IMG/VR virus record: IMGVR_UViG_3300045988_165080
Span: 1-61,992 of that record
DNA: 61,992 bases
DNA from: a virus
Reading direction: 5' to 3' (one strand)
The translations under genes were made by a program, and so were the position numbers. Below are positions 56,798 through 61,992 of the stretch, piece after piece. A model generated the notes under the pieces. The model saw nothing but the letters and a program-made list of their open reading frames with translations, ran no database searches and was not told where the DNA came from. Each line of letters opens with the position of its first letter. The first letter of the stretch is position 1.

Positions 56798-56824
56798 AAG
56801 GAGGTTATCCCTCCTTATTTTTAT
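56798..56824 (+). terminator. Intrinsic terminator closing the accessory cassette
   Basis: Stem aaggagg/cctcctt followed by ATTTTTAT. Confidence 0.7.
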
Positions 56825-57020
56825 GTAAATTTATATAAATTCCTGTGCTAGATAAAAATACACATAGTATACCTAAATTGCTATAAACTTGATATAACCG
56901 CTCTACGTTTATTACGGTCGCTGTCGCTACTTCATAAACGCTTCGCATATCATAGCATATGCAAAATATATATAAAAATATTACTAATTAACAAAGTTTT
57001 AACACTTAAATTATAAATAT

Positions 57021-57038
57021 TAGGAATATGTTCCGATT
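57021..57038 (+). promoter_or_regulatory. Copy 3 of 18-bp motif TAGGAATATGTTCCGATT
   Basis: Identical to 2054-2071 and 2204-2221. Followed by a hairpin-rich ORF-less leader. Confidence 0.5.
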
Positions 57039-57301
57039 GCAAATTTGTTATTGGGAATTTACACTATAATTGTAGATAAAATAATTTCTCATTTGAAACC
57101 CCAACGAGCAAAGGAATCGGTTTAATAACCTTTTCCGGAAAGGACTTACTTTTAGAGTGGGTCCTTCTTTTGCTTATTGGCTATGAAAGAGGGTGATTCC
57201 AATGTGGACTTAATAAAAAAACATTTATATTTTAATCGAATTTTAATTTTAAAAGTTATATGTGTATATAGTATTTAGAGGCACTTACCATTTTTTCTAA
57301 G

Positions 57302-57332
57302 GGGGTTACTAATTTGTAATCCCTTTTATTTT
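57302..57332 (+). terminator. Terminator-like hairpin directly upstream of the RBS of the 57353 gene (possible attenuator)
   Basis: Stem ggggttac/gtaatccc followed by TTTTATTTT. The RBS aaaggag starts about 8 nt later. Confidence 0.5.
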
Positions 57333-57352
57333 GTAAAAAGGAGTTTGAAAAG

Positions 57353-57622
57353 ATGAAAATAAATATAAAAACTCCAGAAGGAGTTCATGCTGAACAAAGA
57401 GAAATCGAAGCTTACATAAAACATATTCATAAAAAATATCCAAATCGAGAAATTGAATATCTAAATATAACAATAGACGATAAAGGGTATGTAGATTTAG
57501 AATATAAACTTGTTCCTGTTTCATTTGAAAGAATCAGAAGAATTACAGGTTATTTAAGTGAAGTTCGACAATTTAACGATGGTAAAAAAGGAGAACTTAG
57601 AGATAGAGTAAAACATACTTAA
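57353..57622 (+). CDS. Small protein with an NrdD-type glycyl-radical C-terminal motif
   Basis: FERIRRITGYLSEVRQFNDGKKGELRDRVKH resembles the class III ribonucleotide reductase C-terminus R-x-C-G-Y-L...N-x-G-K-x-x-E...R-x-x-H. Confidence 0.5.
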   Translation: MKINIKTPEGVHAEQREIEAYIKHIHKKYPNREIEYLNITIDDKGYVDLEYKLVPVSFERIRRITGYLSEVRQFNDGKKGELRDRVKHT

Positions 57623-57642
57623 GAAAATTGAGAGGTATTAAT

Positions 57643-57876
57643 ATGCAAACAGAAATAATTGTTGCTATTATAGCATTTATAGGAACTTTAGCTGGTTCTT
57701 ATTTTGCAAATAGTAAAACTACTGCAGTAATGCAAGAACAAATCAAAGGTATAAAAGAAGATATAAAAACTTTATCAACTAGAGTAGATAAACATAATAA
57801 TTTAGTAGAAAGAATGGCAAAAGTAGAAGATTCAACAAAGTCTGCACATCACAGAATAGATCACTTAGAAGAATAG
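57643..57876 (+). CDS. XhlA-like lysis-associated membrane protein
   Basis: N-terminal TM helix IIVAIIAFIGTLAGSYF plus a coiled coil. Position before the holin. Confidence 0.55.
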   Translation: MQTEIIVAIIAFIGTLAGSYFANSKTTAVMQEQIKGIKEDIKTLSTRVDKHNNLVERMAKVEDSTKSAHHRIDHLEE

Positions 57877-57886
57877 GAGGTTAATT

Positions 57887-58147
57887 ATGATAGATTTAAA
57901 TGTTATTAATAGTTATTTAGTCATTGGAGTTGTATTAGGTTGTTGTGGAATAGGATATGTTATAAAAACTAGCTTTGACTTTATTCCTAATAAGTATATT
58001 CCTTTCATAATGGCTGTATTAGGTGTTGTATTAAACATAGCAATATCTAAGTCATTTGATATGAATGTTTTCTTAGGAGGGCTTTTAAGTGGGCTTTCTA
58101 GTGTAGGATTGCACCAAAGTTTCAAGGCTTTAATTGAAAATAAATAG
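57887..58147 (+). CDS. Holin
   Basis: 86 aa with two to three TM helices, immediately upstream of the endolysin. Confidence 0.7.
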   Translation: MIDLNVINSYLVIGVVLGCCGIGYVIKTSFDFIPNKYIPFIMAVLGVVLNIAISKSFDMNVFLGGLLSGLSSVGLHQSFKALIENK

Positions 58148-58158
58148 GAGATGATATA

Positions 58159-58980
58159 ATGTCAATAGTAAAACCAACAATAGTTGAAAAATGGCAAAAG
58201 AAAAACAAATATGGTAGACCTGGAACTCCATTAAATTACACAAAAGTAGCAATTCACTATACTGGTGAAGCAGATGTACCAGGTTATAAGACTGTATCTT
58301 ATTTTAATAATGTAGTTGCTAACGGGTACAAAGTTAATGGAAAATATATATATGCTAGTGCTCACTTTGTTATAGATCTTGACGGTACTATCTATCAGTT
58401 AATACCTACAACTGAAAAATGCTATTGTACTAATAGTGCAAATGATTATGCAATAGGAGTCGAAGTTGCAACAACAGGTTCTGATAATCATTATACAGAT
58501 GCTACATATAAATCTATGGTATGGTTATGTACTTGGTTATGTGCTAATAAAGGACTTAATCCTAAAAAGGATATAATTAGACATACTGATGTAGTTGGTC
58601 GTGCTTATAAATTATGTCCAATTTACATGGTTTTAAACGAAGATAAATATGAACAATTTAGATTGGATTGTTATAACCTAAAAGCAGGCAAAATATCTGT
58701 TAATCAAATAGTTAATTGTACGAATGGTAAAGGTAAGGTTACAATAGTACCTACTACAACTACAGGTAATAACAAAACATTATATGTTAAAATACTACAA
58801 GATATAAACATGCATAGTAAACCAGACTTTACAAGCAAAAGCGTAATAGGGGTTGTTACAAAAGGTGGAGTTTATACTGTAGTAGAAACTATAAAAAGAA
58901 CTGGAACAGATATGTATAAATTAAAATCAGGAGTATATATCACTGCCAGCCCAAAATATGTAGAAGTATTTGAAAAATAA
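58159..58980 (+). CDS. Endolysin: N-acetylmuramoyl-L-alanine amidase (Amidase_2/PGRP-like) plus C-terminal SH3b
   Basis: VAIHYTGEADVPG...ASAHFVIDLDGTIYQLIP...NDYAIGVEV. C-terminus YVKILQDINMHSKPDFTSKSVIGVVTKGGVYTVVE. Confidence 0.85.
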   Translation: MSIVKPTIVEKWQKKNKYGRPGTPLNYTKVAIHYTGEADVPGYKTVSYFNNVVANGYKVNGKYIYASAHFVIDLDGTIYQLIPTTEKCYCTNSANDYAIGVEVATTGSDNHYTDATYKSMVWLCTWLCANKGLNPKKDIIRHTDVVGRAYKLCPIYMVLNEDKYEQFRLDCYNLKAGKISVNQIVNCTNGKGKVTIVPTTTTGNNKTLYVKILQDINMHSKPDFTSKSVIGVVTKGGVYTVVETIKRTGTDMYKLKSGVYITASPKYVEVFEK

Positions 58981-59058
58981 TTCTATCGGACGCGACCGAT
59001 AGCGACCGATAATATTAAAAGCTAGGGGATACTCTCCTCTAGCTTTTTTATTTTAGAC

Positions 59059-59160
59059 AGCAAAAAACCACTCTAATGGCGATAAGGGTGGTTTTTAACA
59101 TAAGTTTATAATCATTTTTCAAAGGACTATCACTCTAGTGCAAATAGAATGTAGTTCTCT
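59059..59160 (-). repeat. Right (inverted) copy of the ~100-bp element found at 26517-26611
   Basis: 59140-59160 is the exact reverse complement of 26517-26537. The 59059-59093 hairpin also works as a plus-strand terminator after the endolysin. Confidence 0.7.
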
Positions 59161-59270
59161 ATTTATATAATATCGGGTATTGAAACTTAAAGGTGGTTAT
59201 AGATAAATAATTAATGATAAATAATATATACTTTCTTGAAATATTAGAGTGGTTGAATAGGAGTGATTGA

Positions 59271-60035
59271 ATGATTGAAGATGAAAGATATAAATTATAT
59301 AATGGTGATTGTTTAGAAGTGATGGATGGATTAATTAGCTTAGGTGTAAAATTTGACATGATATTTACAGATATTCCATATGGAATAACATCGAGAAATA
59401 AATGGGATGAAATAATTCCTTTTAATTGTATGTGGGAGAAAATACATAAACTAATTAATGACAACACACCTATATTATTATTTTCAGATGAGCCGTTTAC
59501 AAGTAAATTAATATGCAGTAATTTAAAAGAATTTAAATATAGGATAACATGGGACAAACAATTACCAAGTGGTTTTCTTAATGCTAAACGTATGCCCTTA
59601 AAAAGGACAGAGGATATATGTGTCTTTTATAAAAAATTACCAATATACAATCCTCAAATGACTGACGCAGAACAAAAAAATATTAGACCAATTGGTAAGA
59701 AAGGTTATTCAAGCAATAATTATGGAAAACATATTACAAAATCTAGTAAAAATTATGATATTACAAAAAGATATCCCACAAATTTATATAGTTTAAGTAA
59801 ACTTATAGGAGAATGCAATAGTTTAAATAGAGTACATCCTACGCAAAAACCTATCAACTTACTTGAATATTGGATAAAAACATACACGAATGAGGGCGAT
59901 TTAGTATTAGATTTTACAATGGGTAGTGGTAGTACAGGTGTTGCTTGTTTAAATACTAATAGAAGATTTGTAGGAATAGAATTAGATGAAAACTATTTCA
60001 ATATAGCTAAAAATAGAATTGAAAACATTTCATAA
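59271..60035 (+). CDS. Orphan DNA methyltransferase (N6-adenine/N4-cytosine, beta class)
   Basis: Motif IV-like MIFTDIPYG and motif I VLDFTMGSGSTGVA. No adjacent restriction gene. Confidence 0.85.
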   Translation: MIEDERYKLYNGDCLEVMDGLISLGVKFDMIFTDIPYGITSRNKWDEIIPFNCMWEKIHKLINDNTPILLFSDEPFTSKLICSNLKEFKYRITWDKQLPSGFLNAKRMPLKRTEDICVFYKKLPIYNPQMTDAEQKNIRPIGKKGYSSNNYGKHITKSSKNYDITKRYPTNLYSLSKLIGECNSLNRVHPTQKPINLLEYWIKTYTNEGDLVLDFTMGSGSTGVACLNTNRRFVGIELDENYFNIAKNRIENIS

Positions 60036-60102
60036 AAATCTATTTATACCCACCTTGAAATTTGTTACAATCTAGTAATATTTTAAATAAAGAGGTGGGA
60101 GA

Positions 60103-60174
60103 ATGTTAAATTTACCAGAATTTGAAGGGGTATACAACTTTAATTGTGGAAAAGAAAAGAGAGTGAATTAAAAT
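60103..60174. mobile_element. IS-derived chimeric fragment: transposase-start homologue fused to an inverted copy of the ISL3 right end
   Basis: atgttaaatttaccagaatttgaag resembles the start of the gene at 22827. gggtatacaactttaattgtggaaaagaaaagagagtgaattaaaat (60128-60174) matches the complement of 24134-24180 at 46 of 47 positions. Confidence 0.6.
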
Positions 60175-60176
60175 CC

Positions 60177-60263
60177 AAATTAGAAGAATTAGCAAAAAAC
60201 GATTGTAGGTCTTTAACAAATTTAATTAATAAAATTTTAAACGATTATATTAATAGTAAATAA
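60177..60263 (+). pseudogene. 5'-truncated RHH gene (paralogue of the 61824 RHH)
   Basis: KLEELAKNDCRSLTNLINKILNDYINSK aligns with LQELAEKKGISLSKLIANIVKN. The N-terminal beta-strand is replaced by the IS fragment. Confidence 0.5.
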
Positions 60264-60270
60264 ACAAAAA

Positions 60271-60296
60271 AGCTAAGGTTATCTGAAACCTTAGCT
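60271..60296. terminator. Bidirectional terminator between the RHH remnant and parR
   Basis: Stem agctaaggtt/aaccttagct flanked by an A-run and a T-run. Confidence 0.65.
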
Positions 60297-60303
60297 TATC
60301 TTT

Positions 60304-60603
60304 TTAATCAGGCATTTCTTCTTCCATTTTGAAAAGACTTTCTTTTATTATTTTTTGATCTTCATCTTCTTCTATTTTTTCATCTTCTATTATATTTTCT
60401 GATTGTTTAATAACTTGTGAAATGTCACCAATATTTACGTTAACTTGTATATTGTTAAAATCAATTTGTTTTAATATACTCCACTCACTTAATATTACTT
60501 GTATTGCATCATTTCTACTTGACAAGTTATTTTGTTTTTGGAATTTATTTATCATATCCCAAAAAGTTTCTTCTAAATAAACTGTACTTGATTTTTTTGC
60601 CAT
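60304..60603 (-). CDS. parR: ParR-like centromere-binding adaptor (RHH-like N-terminus, acidic tail)
   Basis: Immediately downstream of parM. N-terminus STVYLEETFWDMINKFQKQNNLSSRNDAIQVILSEW. Confidence 0.55.
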   Translation of the reverse strand: MAKKSSTVYLEETFWDMINKFQKQNNLSSRNDAIQVILSEWSILKQIDFNNIQVNVNIGDISQVIKQSENIIEDEKIEEDEDQKIIKESLFKMEEEMPD

Positions 60604-60615
60604 AATTAATCACCT

Positions 60616-61539
60616 TTAAAATTTTAATTTTGCAAATTTAAATAATCCAATAGCAGTAGCCATTTGCGAATTTTCAACTCTATCAAAATCATCTGATGGT
60701 TCAAGGTTTAAAGAAGTTCCTCCAGCTAAATATAATTTCATTTCGTCTTTGTTAATCCAATTTTCTTCTACTATTTGATTAACTTTTTCAGATCCTAATT
60801 TGTATGCTTTTTTCTTTAATGTGTCATAATCATTTGAACTATCTATTTCATTTACACTTTTAGATATTCCAGTTGCCATTAAATTATCTTGAATTATTTT
60901 TAGCATTGTACTATTTCCATATTCAACAGTATTAGATAATCTATCGTTAAATACAAAACCTTTATCAAAATATGATAATTCCATAGTTCTGAAACCAACA
61001 TTTACAAGCCCTACTGGTTTATCCTTGTTTACCTTTCCGTTGATAGCATAATATAATGCTGCATCTCCTTCTCTAGCTATTGAAACATCTTCTATGAACA
61101 CTTTTTTAGTAGCATTTGTAATATTATCTTTTATAACAATAGTTTCTCCTTTATAAGTTTCTACTATTTCAGCTAAAACTGATTTTTTATAGTTTTTATA
61201 TGGAACTCCAAACATAATTTTTACAGTATCTTTTACTGCAATATCATTTAAAGCAGCAGCTAATAAAATTTTCATAGTTTCACTTGTTTTACTATCTTGT
61301 GAATTTCTTATAGATGAATAAGATTCTTTTTCTGCTAGTAATCCAATAAAATAGTCCATTCCTTCTATGTTTAAATATTTAGGATCTTTGTAACTATCAA
61401 AATCAACTTTTCCTGAACGACCATCTCCATATACAGATTTAAATATTGTTTGTTTTTCTTCTCCATCTACTTCTGTATAAGCTTTTATATAGCCTCTTCC
61501 TCCATCAAATCCAATTAATTGGGTATCCTTTTTTGCCAT
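60616..61539 (-). CDS. parM: ParM/Alp-family actin-like segregation ATPase
   Basis: LIGFDGGRGYIKAY phosphate-1-like motif and LYLAGGTS adenosine/phosphate-2-like motif. 307 aa with a repeat array upstream. Confidence 0.75.
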   Translation of the reverse strand: MAKKDTQLIGFDGGRGYIKAYTEVDGEEKQTIFKSVYGDGRSGKVDFDSYKDPKYLNIEGMDYFIGLLAEKESYSSIRNSQDSKTSETMKILLAAALNDIAVKDTVKIMFGVPYKNYKKSVLAEIVETYKGETIVIKDNITNATKKVFIEDVSIAREGDAALYYAINGKVNKDKPVGLVNVGFRTMELSYFDKGFVFNDRLSNTVEYGNSTMLKIIQDNLMATGISKSVNEIDSSNDYDTLKKKAYKLGSEKVNQIVEENWINKDEMKLYLAGGTSLNLEPSDDFDRVENSQMATAIGLFKFAKLKF

Positions 61540-61554
61540 TTTACATCCTCCTAT

Positions 61555-61735
61555 TAGTTAATATTTTAATAATATTTTATGAAAATTATATTCTAAATGT
61601 GCATAAAAGTCAATAAAATAGTTAATATATTATTAATATTTTGTTATAAGTTAATTTTTTAATAACATTTAACCTTATTTTATAATCAATATATTGTTAA
61701 TATCTCAACTTTAGTTAATATATCATTAATATTTT
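61555..61735. promoter_or_regulatory. parC-like centromere: three 24-bp repeats TAGTTAATAT(A/T)T(T/C)ATTAATATTTT plus partial copies
   Basis: Copies at 61555-61578, 61619-61642 and 61712-61735, immediately upstream of parM. Confidence 0.55.
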
Positions 61736-61823
61736 AATTAAAAAAATAATTATGTTAGATATTGTTTTTTTATATAAAAAGTGATACACTTTAAAAAAGA
61801 ATAATATAAGGTGGTGTTTTTAT

Positions 61824-61988
61824 TTGGCAGTATCAGAAGAAAATTCAAGAATCAATGTTAAGTTTACTAAAAAAGAAAAAAATATCTTGCAAGAATTAGC
61901 TGAAAAAAAAGGTATTTCATTATCAAAACTTATTGCAAATATAGTAAAAAATTCAAATGATTTTAAAAATTTTTCTAATAAAAAATAG
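61824..61988 (+). CDS. CopG-like ribbon-helix-helix protein upstream of rep (runs into the closure overlap)
   Basis: TTG start after RBS aaggtggtg. Sequence SRINVKFTKKEKNILQELAEKKGISLSKLIANIVKN. Confidence 0.55.
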   Translation: MAVSEENSRINVKFTKKEKNILQELAEKKGISLSKLIANIVKNSNDFKNFSNKK

Positions 61989-61992
61989 CAAA

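Overview
AT-rich, Clostridium-like window that closes on itself: bases 1-119 equal 61874-61992, so it is a complete circular replicon of 61,873 bp. I read it as a siphovirus-type phage-plasmid. No integrase is present. The plasmid backbone has a ParM/ParR/parC-like partition locus and a CopG-like RHH, candidate antisense RNA and Rep copy-control module. The phage part has a CI/Cro-like switch, a second replication module (DnaD-like protein plus DnaC-like loader), and recombination genes (SSB, Rad50-like ATPase, RecT, MBL nuclease). It also has nucleotide-metabolism genes, a sigma factor, a full packaging/head/tail module, and a lysis cassette. terS and terL are separated by a 5.7-kb accessory island. 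The island holds a ~0.5-kb ORF-free G/C-rich region with long-range complementarity, a 2.2-kb ISL3-family element with two passenger regulators, an RHH gene, a GIY-YIG endonuclease, a small serine recombinase and tRNA-Asn. Candidates for something new: (1) a terminator-bounded cassette between tail fibres and lysis genes, encoding an RHH, two small membrane proteins and a 736-aa P-loop NTPase, which resembles an orphan VirB2/B3/B4 (TcpD/E/F)-like module; (2) the candidate large structured RNA after terS; (3) ~100-bp inverted repeats bracketing the 32.5-kb structural/lysis block, next to the serine recombinase; (4) an 89-aa protein with an NrdD-type glycyl-radical C-terminal motif; (5) two small proteins ending in a clamp-binding-like QLSFF. 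Several genes are disrupted: tape measure (+1 frameshift), an HNH gene (in-frame TGA), two small frameshifted genes and a truncated RHH gene. All calls come from reading the sequence and recalled family motifs. No database search was run.
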